Assembly: GCA_002269645.1 (NCBI GenBank)
Contig: NIVC01002273.1
Span: 1 to 64,000, forward strand
Direction: 5' to 3'
DNA from: Macrostomum lignano
Taxonomy: Eukaryota
Length of the DNA: 64,000 nt
The notes below the pieces were generated by a model. That model was not told the origin of the DNA. It made no database searches and worked only from the letters and a program-made list of their open reading frames with translations. Positions 12,650-23,300 of this stretch are shown one piece after another. Position 1 is the first letter of the stretch. Every line of letters starts with the position of its first letter. A program made the position numbers and the translations under genes.

Positions 12650-13130
12650 GAAGACGGCAGGGTTTGAGTGTCAGAAGACAGCAGGGTTTGAGTGTCAGAA
12701 GACGGCAGGGTCTGAGTGTCAGAAGACAGCAGGGTCTGAGTGTCAGAAGACGGCAGGGTTTGAGTGTCAGAAGACGGCAGGGTTTGAGTGTCAGAAGACG
12801 GCAGGGTCTGAGTGTCAGAAGACGGCAGGGTTTGAGTGTCAGAAGACGGCAGGGTCTGAGTGTCAGAAGACGGCAGGGTTTGAGTGTCAGAAGACAGCAG
12901 GGTCTGAGTGTCAGAAGACGGCAGGGTTTGAGTGTCAGAAGACGGCAGGGTTTGAGTGTCAGAAGATGGCAGGGTTTGAGTGTCAGAAGACGGCAGGGTC
13001 TGAGTGTCAGAAGACGGCAGGGTTTGAGTGTCAGAAGACAGCAGGGTCTGAGTGTCAGAAGACGGCAGGGTTTGAGTGTCAGAAGACGGCAGGGTTTGAG
13101 TGTCAGAAGACGGCAGGGTTTGAGTGCAAG
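12650..13130. repeat. 24-bp minisatellite
   Basis: Unit gagtgtcagaagacggcagggttt, about 20 copies. Confidence 0.95.
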
Positions 13131-14104
13131 ATGATGCAAAGTTTGGTTTTGGAAGGTAAAGAAGTTAGTGACAGAAATACTTCCGTTGGTTTTTGTATTC
13201 GCTGCGGTGCATGGTTACAAGCAATGGGCGATTAAAATTGTCTCTTTAACTAGCGGTCAAAAACATTCCAGTGTCTTTAAAGTTTTCAGCGGTGTAAAAG
13301 TTGGTGCCGAGCCATAAAAAAGTTACTCATACAGACCTTAATTAACACAGGTGGCCACAGCGAATTGTTTCTACTCTCGAGCCGTTATTCATCTTTAGCA
13401 GCTTTTGGTCCCAAAAGCGCAGTTCGGCCCAACCGCGCTGTTGACACAGAATTTCTTCCTTCTCCCCTCCCAGCCTCCGACCCCAGAAATTCCTCCACAA
13501 TGATCAGTTGCCTACTGCCCCTGCGTCACGGGATTCGTAATCGATTTTTCTACCCTGTAGAGTGGGAAAAAGAGGCAGAAGTGAAGGGGGTTCGAAGCAC
13601 ACTGCAGGCACACACGGAGGATTTCAAACGCTTAACCGACGATAATCTTCCAAAATAGGGGCAGGGAGTGGCAGAGGAGGCAAATACCGGGACAGAAATC
13701 GGCGACGCAAGCAGATTAGGATTCTGCAGCTGCTTCGCTTCCAGTGTGAAACATTGCCGCGGATGCTGAACAGATGATGACTTGGTCAGCACAACCCCTG
13801 CAGAACCCCTCACCCAGACCTTGGCTTTGGAGGACGGACACGTTGGACCTCCTTCGCTCTATAGCGGATTTTGCATGGAACCAATCGTAAACCAAATTCA
13901 CCCATAGGCTAGCCTATGCCCCTCTATCCCTTTTTTCTGGCACCGACTTCCAGAGGCGGAGGCAGAGAGTCAGGTATATACGCCAAGTAAAAATAGAACT
14001 TGCCTACAGGTCTACGAGCTCGTTCTGATTCAGCCGAAGAGCAGCTGCCTCTGTCCTCTAGAAATTATCCTCACGTTTTCTATCTACGACCTTATACTTG
14101 AAAA

Positions 14105-15042
14105 ATGCCATTCAAGGTAGGTACATGCTGTTTTTAACAAAAGTATTTTCATGTCGCATGCAGTGAACCTTTTTTTACAACAACAAAAAACAGGCCCCGG
14201 AGACTGAGAAGTGCATCCGATGCACCAAGAGCGTCTACGCCGCCGAACGCATGGAAGCTGGAGGTCGAATCTGGCACAAGATGTGTTTCCGTTGCAAGGA
14301 GTGCGACATGAAACTCAAGTGAGCCGGTGTACATAAGGGATGCAGTATCTTGTTTGCAAACGAAAAGTACTGAGAAAGGACATGAGTCACCCAAGACCAA
14401 ACCCCTCTATCAATGTCGATCGCCTCTCCCTCCAGGCCTCACCCTCTCCCTTCAGGCCTCACCCTCTCCCTCCAGATCTCGCCCTCTCTCCAGGTCTCGC
14501 CCTCTCTCTCCAGGTCTCGCCCTCTCTCTCCAGGTCTCCCCTCTCCCTCCAGGTCTCCCCTCTCCCTCCAGGTCTCCCCTCTCCCTTCAGGTTTCCCATA
14601 TCGCTCCAGGTCTCCCCTCTCCATCTAGGTCTCACCCTCTCTCTCTCTCTCCAAGTCTTACCCTCCTCTCCCTCCAGGTCTCACAATCTCTCTCCAGGTC
14701 TCGCCCTCTCCCATCATGTCTAGCCCTCTCCCTCCAGGTCTCCCCTCTCCTTCCAAGTCTCCCCTCTCCTTCCAAGTCTCCCCTCTCCCTCCAGGTCTCC
14801 CCTCCCTCTTCCTCCACTTCAATATCCAATCCTATTCCTCCTTAGTAGTTCTTATCGCCGGTCCAGATAATAATTCAAACCATGTGGGACCAAATTAAAT
14901 AAGCATTTAAATCCCTCAAATCTAAAACTGGAACCCCCGCAGCCTGAACAATTACGCCCAGAACGAGGGCACCCTCTATTGCAAGACCCACTACAACAAG
15001 ATGGTCGTGGCGCTTAACAGCCAGACACCCAACTGCGCCTGA
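14105..15042 (+). CDS. Single-LIM-domain protein, muscle LIM protein/CRP-like, 78 aa
   Basis: Exons 14105-14116 (ATG CCA TTC AAG|gtagg), 14194-14318 and 14943-15042 splice in frame to [78 protein letters not shown]. Full LIM ligand set C-x2-C..H-x2-C-x2-C-x2-C..C-x2-H. MPF start and KSVYAAE are typical of insect Mlp proteins. Confidence 0.92.
14420..14815. repeat. Pyrimidine-rich degenerate minisatellite in LIM gene intron 2
   Basis: Variants of ctccctccaggtctcccct. Confidence 0.85.
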
Positions 15043-15802
15043 TCATCGTTAACATCAACATGAGCGTATAATGCAAGATCTGTATACGTAGAAAAACTAT
15101 ATGAAATACGAGCTAACGGAATGCGTTCGATGCACTTTAATGCTACATACGAAGTACATGTATTAACTCTCAAATGAGTCTCAATCCTATGCACACTAAC
15201 ATGCATCGATTTAGAATACAAGCATGCATCTGTTTTATTGTTCGCAGAGAATTTGTTTCAAAAATCTACTTATGGCTACGCGTCTTTTTTGCTCCCCCAT
15301 ATACAGCGGGAAAATAGACTAACTAGCATGCGACTACCTGACTCGTTGGTAATATAGGGAATAGTCTGTGCAAGTTGACATTGCATGCTCAAGAACTACA
15401 AGTACTGTCCAGTATTTTTATGCCATTGAGTGTATCATCGCAATGCAATCATTTTCCTTAGATATCCTCGTTTAGATTTTAGCAATTGCGACTTTTGGGC
15501 TAACAAACCGGACAGGACCCTTAGTTTATTTTAAACTAAACAAATCGTATCATTATTTATTCTGACCCCCCGCAGAGTTCAAAGATTCAAATGGACAGTC
15601 AATCAGCGACGATAAAAAGAGCAAGGAAGGAAAAGACCGCTAGGCTGGCTATATATGGGGTAGAGGGTACACTAGAAAATCGATAAACCGCGTGGACTGC
15701 GACCGCCACCCCACAATCCCCTGTAGGCCATTAGGGTTGCGGGTTTGAAAGAAATAGGGGCTCAATAACTGATGAAAAAAATCGATAAACTTCACCCACA
15801 AA

Positions 15803-16118
15803 TGCGCGGCGCTCTGATGTGCCAGCCAGCGGCCCAGGCTCGATTTCAAAAGTACAGTCACATTAATTTGGGGCTAAATTGGAATCTCGGCTTGGCGATC
15901 TGCTCGTGCAATTAACGCCCTTGAGGGCCAACCCACAAGACACAGTGAAGTGTACACGTCTAACGATAAATAAAGTCCAGGGCCACTGTACACACCTGTG
16001 TGAGTGTGTGCCTGTGCGTATGACTGCGTACGTGTCTGCGCGCTTGTGTGCCTGCTCAGGGGAGTCAGTTCTGTGACAATGTCGCTTAAGTGCGCCAATA
16101 AAAAGAGACCAGAAAAAG
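15803..16118 (+). mobile_element. SINE family B copy, 5' head partly lost
   Basis: cccaggctcgatttc..ttaatttggggct..gaatctcggcttgg..tgcctgctcaggggagtc is collinear with the reverse complement of 10351-10716. Confidence 0.85.
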
Positions 16119-16369
16119 GATTTAGACAATCGATGGTTGATGTTCAATGTGTATGAGACCCGTTTCAAAATCTGCTCTTTTACTCTTTTAAGTAAAAAGT
16201 TTGTTTACCTATTATAGAATTTAGGGTATTTAGATTAGAAAGACAATGCTATATGATGTTTATGTATAGCATGCATGCACAGTTTGTCAAGTTTACCGCG
16301 ATATAAATGTCGTATTCAAAATATAATCTACCATTTGAATATAACAAAGCGTACAGTGTTATTTTCTAT

Positions 16370-16671
16370 AATAGTAATAATTGATTACACCTGCCCTAAT
16401 GGTCAGATGTGCAACCGACAGCTCAGCCGCAGCTATTGCGCGGAGCATCTGAAAGCTGCGTACGGCTATTCATTCCAAGGACTGGGGGTCGCCACACACC
16501 CTCAATTACCCCAGCTAATGCTGGCACCCATTTTAAAGCTGGGTGAACTGAAGCAATGCAGTGTTAAGTAAGTGTCTTGCTCAAGGACACAAATTTTCCG
16601 AGTTGGTCGAGAATCGAACCTCCGACCTTCCAGTCGTGAGTCCGACGCTCTAACCACTAGGCTACAACCCC
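16370..16671 (-). mobile_element. Full-length tRNA-derived SINE family A
   Basis: Minus-strand head ggggttgtagcctagtggttagagcgtcggactcacgactggaaggtcggaggttcgattctcg (A and B boxes); core cacccagctttaaaatgggtgccagc; possible 10-bp TSD tattttctat at 16360-16369 and 16676-16685. Confidence 0.9.
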
Positions 16672-16973
16672 GCTATATTTTCTATGCTGTATTAATAAAT
16701 GCTGCGCAGTGTTGTGCAATGTAGTAAAAGTAGTAGAAAAAAGATGGAAATGTTTTTAAGAAGCCAGCATCCGTATAGTTTGGACAGAATAAATTCAAAT
16801 GTAGTAAAGGACCGCTAGAAGTCATGGTTGTATCAAGACGTAACAGTCAGGTTCAATGGAAATTTAATATGAAGGCCAAAAGTCACTTTAGATGCATGAC
16901 CGAGATGAAATGAAAGTCGGTGATTTAGCAATTAATGGACGATTTCTTACCATTCCAAATCTATCCTTTGTTG

Positions 16974-17004
16974 CCTCCCCAACGGGGGGGACGAAGATTG
17001 CTAG
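16974..17004 (+). mobile_element. Helitron-type 3' terminus
   Basis: Hairpin cctccccaacggggggg then acgaagattgCTAG|T; related end at 46238-46264. 5' boundary not determined. Confidence 0.55.
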
Positions 17005-17486
17005 TCCTATATACTAAAAATGAACTGTTTCTGACTGCCTCCATGTGATTGATATCAGAAAATTTAAAGCCAAAAAACAGAAATTTCATACACCCCGTTA
17101 GTGTACACGCAATTCAAATCAATCGTCCATTGATTTAACGCGAGTGTTACGTCCTATACTGATGCAACCGTAACTGTTATAGTGGTCCAATATATCCAAC
17201 CTCAAGAGGGATACATGGTCCTGAAAACTTTGGTCACACTAAATGCAGGGGAATATTATTGAAAGTAAGAGTATGTCGACCGATCCTTATAGCGGCTGCG
17301 GTTTGCGCTAGGCTTGCCTTGAGCAAACCGGCTTTAGTGCCCAAGCGCGCTGCGTCTGTGGTGCGCCCCCCACCCCGCCGCGTGTGTACGTTCTGTGTTG
17401 TTTAGGCGGGCGCCCACCCCTCCGCCGGTGGGGGGGGGGGTATTTTACTCCAGCCGCGCTGCTGAGTTGGCAGTGTTTTCGCGCAG

Positions 17487-18375
17487 TTCTTTCCTTGGTG
17501 TCGAGTTCGATACAGTGGCCGGCATCAAGAGGTTGCCCGAGGAGAAGGCGAGGAACCTCGCTGAGTTGATAGCAACTGAAAGGAGCAAAACCAGGATCAG
17601 CAAGCGGGCTTTGCAACGCTTGATCGGCAAGCTTGGCTGGGCAGCACAGGTGATTCGCAAAGGAAAAACTTTTCTGCGTGATCTGATCGAAGTGTGCAAC
17701 GCTATGCGGCCTGACGAGAGAATTAAAGTCAGCTTACAGCTCTGTGACCAATTCAGCTGGTGGATTGTAGCGCTGGAGTCGGCCCGGTGGGTGGAGCTCT
17801 GGCCTGTTTTCAAGAACCATGTGGCAATCGAGTCCGATGCATGTGGAAGAGGCGGGGCAGCGGTGCTTCGAAGGTCAGATGGCAGTTGGGACTGGTGCTA
17901 CATCAATTGGAGCCAGGATGGGGCCGGAGTGTTCGCTGATCTGCCAATCAAATACAAAGAGGCGGTGGCTCCTTTGCTGTCAATCCTGCGCTGGAGGGAA
18001 GAGCTGAAAGGCTGTAACGTTAGCGTTTATTGTGACAACATGGCGGCCTGTCATATTATCAATAATGGCACTTCGAGGTGTCCTGTCGTGCAGAAGCTAC
18101 TGCAAACGATTGCGTTGATGTCTTTACGGCATGGTCTGAGTGTGCGAGCCTTTCATGTGCCGGGAGAGTTTCAAATTCTCGCCGATGCAGCGTCTCGGTT
18201 GCACGAGCGCAGTCAGTTGATTAATTTTTTATTTCGCTGCTATGGCAACTTGTGCCCGTTTGCTTTGCAATCAATGCATCGACATGCTTTCTGCCCTGCC
18301 TCTGCCCACTTTCTTCATTTTCAGGCCGTCCAGCTGCGCCAGACTCTCTCAGCCGCCGGGCCGCGTCGCTGCTAG
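17487..18375 (+). pseudogene. Truncated DIRS-type pol: RT C-terminus plus RNase H
   Basis: FLGVEFDT (RT end), then RNase H acidic residues ESDAC, KEA, YCDN, LADAASR. No YxDD motif and no gag upstream; the frame is fused directly to repeat A1. Confidence 0.85.
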
Positions 18376-18749
18376 GCGTCTCATATGCACCACGGTCAAG
18401 GCAGGTGGTGGCAAGGCACATCCGTGAGTGGCTAGCTTACTGCAAGCAGACCCGCTGCAGTCCTGTATCCTGTCCGCTGAACAGCCTGCTCGACTACCTG
18501 GCCAGCCTAGTCGGGACGCGTTTGCGTGCGTACGGCAGCGTTGCTTCTGTCGCCAGCTCGCTGTCCGTTTGGTTTCGCGTCAACTCTGCACCAGACCTGA
18601 CGAAGCATGCCGCCACGACTCTCCTCCTGCGAGGCGCCAAGCGAGAGCTGGGACTTCGGGTGTCGAGAAAACGACCAGTATCGCCGCTCATGTTGTCGGA
18701 GATTCATCAGCGAGTCAGTCGTTCTGACGGGCTTCAGCTGGCATGCTGG
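18330..18749 (+). pseudogene. Tyrosine recombinase, N-terminal part (interrupted)
   Basis: LLGVSYAPRSRQVVARHIREWLAYC..LDYLASL..LLLRGAKR..KRPVSPLML..QLACW ends exactly at the Gypsy TSD. Confidence 0.85.
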
Positions 18750-19577
18750 TGTGACGTTGTCAGTTTAAGGTGGTCCCGAAAAGGGCCGTTGGACTGCTGT
18801 TCTCCATAGTCATTCAACCCTTCAGTTTCACCGTTTCAACTAAACTTTTCCATTCGTTTATTGCGACGTTTACTTGTAGTAGTGCCCAACGATTTTGTGG
18901 CAATTTCTAATTCACTGTATATTTTGCTATCCTCTCTCGCGACCGTATAAAATTGGCACGATCGATAATTTTAAGTTCTCTCGCCAGCCAATGAAATCAC
19001 TCGTGCTCGCGCTACCCCCCTCTGCGCTCTTTTATTAAACCCCCCGCCTGGCGGCGGGCACCCCTCACGCTTTTTCGTCTCTCCCCGCCTGTCCCTTGTT
19101 TCCTTCCCTGCGGCCTCTTAGCTGTCTTATCTGTTTGTCTGGCTGCCTCGAGCCTCCTTATTTCTCACCACGGCCCTTCTGTCTGGGCCAGCCTGCTCAC
19201 ACACTTACTTGACTGTTTCACGCCACGACCGACGCCAACTCACCACTACGTTTCACTGCCTTCACTGTGCTCATAGCCACTGCTCACGTCACGTCGCCAT
19301 TGTGTCATTCGCCTGCCACTTGACTTCATATCCAAATTATATTCAACCCATTGCTGCAGCCGCCAGTGCCCAGAAAGCTATAGTCTGTTTATTGCCAGTA
19401 ACAACCAAACTTAATACTGATATTAACAATAAAGACAACTACGGCAGTTCCTGCCTTTATCGCCAAGTGCTCCGCTACAAAATCCGCTTTACAAGAATTG
19501 ACTTCAACTTATTTTGGGACTAAAACGGCCCTTTTAAGGGTCACCGCATAGCTGGCCGCTACGCCAATAACGTGACA
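18750..19577 (+). repeat. 5' LTR
   Basis: TG..CA termini; no difference from the 3' LTR seen by eye. Confidence 0.97.
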
Positions 19578-19583
19578 TAATTT

Positions 19584-19600
19584 TGGAGGTCCCACCGAGA
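19584..19600 (+). promoter_or_regulatory. Primer-binding site, tRNA-Gln type
   Basis: tggaggtcccaccgaga 6 nt after the LTR; complementary to the conserved eukaryotic tRNA-Gln 3' end (..tctcggtgggacctcca). Confidence 0.85.
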
Positions 19601-20386
19601 CTCCTACTCAGCACTGCCGGCTCGCAACTAAGTCAGCACCACCGAGACTCCTACTCAGCACTGCCGGCTCGCAACTAAGTCAGCACCACCGAGACTCCTA
19701 CTCAGCACTGCCGGCTCGCAACTAAGTCAGTGCCATCAAGACTTCTGCTCAGCCCTGCCAGCTCGCAACCAAGCGTCAGCAAGATTCTGCTCAGCTCTGC
19801 CGGCTCGTGACTGAGTGCCGGCCTGCCACGTTTCTGCCTGACGGTCCGCAAGGCTGCGAGAGCCTGTGCCACGCCTGAGGTTCGGTCCGCAAGGCTACGA
19901 GAGCCTGTGCCACGCCTGAGGTTCGGTCCGCAAGGCTACGAGAGCCTGTGCCACGCCTGAGGTTCGGTCCGCAAGGCTGCGAGAGCCTGTGCCACGTCAG
20001 GCCCAGGGGTCCTGACTGCTCGGCCGGTCTTCGCTCGTCGCCGCGAGTCGTCGCTGGTCGTCGCCCTGAGCAACGCGCGCTGTCAACTGCGTTGAGCTCG
20101 AGCTTACGCTCTGCCAAGATAGCTCCGCTGCGTGTGCCAAGCCACGCCAGGTTACGCTGTGCGCTGATTGTTTGTAGGGACTATTGCCTGACAGTTAGTC
20201 TGGGTGGTTTGCGTGATAGGACTCTCCCCTATTATAGGCTTTTTGCGGTTTGCCCCTGTCAGGCACGTATTTTGTTAGTAGGACGCAATCTCTCTCGTCT
20301 CTCTCGCGTCATCAACCTCAATTCGTTTTCTCTGGAGCCTTATTTTCGTTCACGCTTGATTCATTTGTCTCACTCAACCTTACACA

Positions 20387-23300
20387 ATGTCCGACAACGG
20401 GGACAACCATGCCGCAGCGTCATTGGCTGACGGAGATGCCGTCGTGCCAGATCAGGACGCAGTCGATGCCGGCGAGCAGCCAGCAGGCGCAGCTGCTGCC
20501 GCCGCGCCAGCTCCTAGTGAGCAACTCTTGTTGACTCAAACCTTAGCCTCTCTTCACCGGATGCTCGAAGAGCGTCTCGCTGTTTCCTCGCCATTAGCGC
20601 CAAATTCCTCGCCGCCTGCGAAGCCAGACATACGCCTTCGCCCTCCAATCGCTTATCAGCCGAAGATGAACTTTGATACGTGGGAAGCTCAGCTTACTTC
20701 GTATCTAGCCACTTGCCGCGTTCCTGAGGACCAGAAGTCCGCCATTCTCGTATCTTTGCTGTCAGCCGAATGCCAAGAGGTATATCTTAATTACCGGTGT
20801 GACCAGTTGCCTTTCGAATCTGCGCTTCGGCTGCTCAGGGAAAGGTACACCGATGCCAAGAAGAAGGACAAGGCCTACGTAGAATTAGTTGCTGCCGCCC
20901 AATCTCATAATGAGCAGATGTCTGATTTCTTCGACAGACTGGTCTCCTATTCTAGACTAGCGGGTCTCTCGCTCGCTGAAGCGAAGCCCCTACTCAAGGC
21001 CAGATTCTGCCATGGGCTGAGGGATAAGGACCTCGCCGAAAAGCTCCTCTTATGGGATCAGGAAACCGACAGTGCCACCTCTGCAGAAGAGCTGATGCAG
21101 AAGGCCAAAGATCTTGTCGGGGTCCGCCAGCTTCTGAACGTGCCTTCTACTATAGCCAAGGTTCGTGCCATAGAACCTGACGCTGAGAAGAAAGCGTTAG
21201 AACAGAGGGTCGCTGAGCTTGAGAAGATGGTGACCGACCAAGCCAATAGATTAAGCCAGACCACTCCGCCTGTCACTACCAATCAGGGGCCCGCTCGCAC
21301 AGAGCCCACTGGGGGCCCACCACAAGTTAGCCAAACCTATAGACAACCTAGGCCAGCTCCTCGCCCTCCGCGGGCTTGCCATCGATGCGGCCAGACCGAT
21401 CACCTGATCGCTGACTGTCCATCGCCCTCGCCGAGGCCACAGTCGCCAAAGCAGCCCCGGGGGAGCCAAAATCAGCAGCCCAGCCGTGGAAAAGTCACGA
21501 CTGAACTAGGAACCATTGCCACATGGTCTCAGAATTACGGGTTCATCCAATCTGAGCACCTGCCAGAGAAATTGTTCGTTCACATTAGCCAACTGTCTCC
21601 CAGCCTGCGTAGCCTAGTCGAGCAGCACCGCCTTAGGGGGACTAGGGTGAAATTCCAGCGCCAGGTCGACCCCGGGCGCCAGCACGACAAGGCCTGTAAT
21701 GTGCAACCTCAGCCAGGGGACAGTGATCCACAATGCCGACAAGGGGGGTACACAGCTGACACCTTTGAGTCTAGCTATTTCGTGCAGCTAGGAGTAGGAG
21801 ACTCTAAAGTTCTGGCCTGTCTAGACTCAGGCGCCAATGCCAGCATCATGGGTGCTGACGTGAAAGCCAAACTGGTCGCAGCTGACCCCGTCAATAACAT
21901 ATTCACGCCTAGTGCCAATAAGCAGCGTGCCACCGCCTTCGGCGGCTCTCAGGTAGACATCCTAGGGTCGCTACGCTGCGAAATCAACTTAGGTAATACG
22001 ACTAAACAACATGTATTCCTAGTCACTGCTTACTGTACCACGGAAGCCCTGTTAGGCATGGATTTCCTGCGCAGCTTCGAGATGCTGCTAGACTTCAACT
22101 CTGGCCGAGCTTTAGTAGCAGGGGTGTCGGTACCAGTCATTGAGGGGGACAAGGGGATTTTCCAACTCCGACGAGTGATGGCCGCCGGCACCGTAGAATT
22201 GCCCCCGCACTCGGAAACCTTGATCCCCAGTCGTGTCCTCGACTCTTCGCCGTACACCTCCGGTATAGTCATGTCCCGGATCCTCGGACCAGAGACCGAA
22301 CAGTTGGTAGCCAAGACTCTAGACTCAGTTAGCGATACTAACCACATACTAGTGCGCGTGCTCAACAGTGGGGAACAGCCTATTCAGATAACTAGGGGGC
22401 AAGAAATTGCCTCATTCCAGGAATTAGATAGTCATGAGGTCATAGCTCAGACGACCCTGAAGGAGTCTGACTTTAGCCTGGACAATGTAGCTAACCTCAC
22501 CAGCCAACTCAGTAAGCTGCCGCCGCCTAGTAGGGAGTTAGCCAAATGGCTGACAACGCAGTTCCAACTAGACCAAGCCAAATTGTCTAGGGGCCAACTC
22601 GCCACCGTTTTGAAACTGCTCAACTACTTCAATAGCCAAATTTCTAGATCAAACGCAGATTTAGGCCACACCAATTTACACGAGATGGGCATAGAGTTAA
22701 TAGATCCTAAGGCCAAGCCTGTTGCGCAACCATACAGGCGCACCACGCCAGCACAAAAAGAATTCTTAGACCAGAACATAGCGCAGATGCTCGAACAGGG
22801 GGTCATTGAGGAGTGTGACTCTGACTGGGTGTCGCCTATCGTTCTGGTCAAGAAGAAGGACGGCACTCAACGCCTTTGCATAGACTATAGGGCCGTCAAT
22901 AAGCTCATCAAGCCGTGTAGCTTCCCTCTGCCACTCATAGAAGAATCTTTTGACAGCCTTGCCGGGGCCACTGTATTCTCTAGCCTTGACCTGACCTCCG
23001 CGTACTGGCAGGTAGGGATCAAAGAGGAGGCTAGAGATTACACCGCCTTTGCCTGCCCCCAAGGCACCTTCCGCTGGAAGGTAGTACCATTCGGGATCAA
23101 GACGGCACCTGCCAATTTCGCGAAACTGATGCACAAGGTGTTTAGACCTCTCCTGATGAAGGTCAGCCTCATCTATTTAGACGACATTATCATTAAGGCT
23201 GTCAACAACGACCAAATGATCGCGCATCTCGCGCTGGTCCTCTGGCAGCTTAGAAAAGCCGGTCTCAAAATTAAGCCGTCTAAGTGTGAGCTGTTTAAGG

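Noticed and set aside
16590-16671. tRNA gene (also 10650-10716)
   Set aside because: A and B boxes are present but run into SINE bodies with tails and TSDs; I could not fold a complete cloverleaf.
19209-19523. 104-aa ORF duplicated at 28761-29075
   Set aside because: It lies within the LTRs, has no ATG start or motif, and the duplication simply reflects LTR identity.
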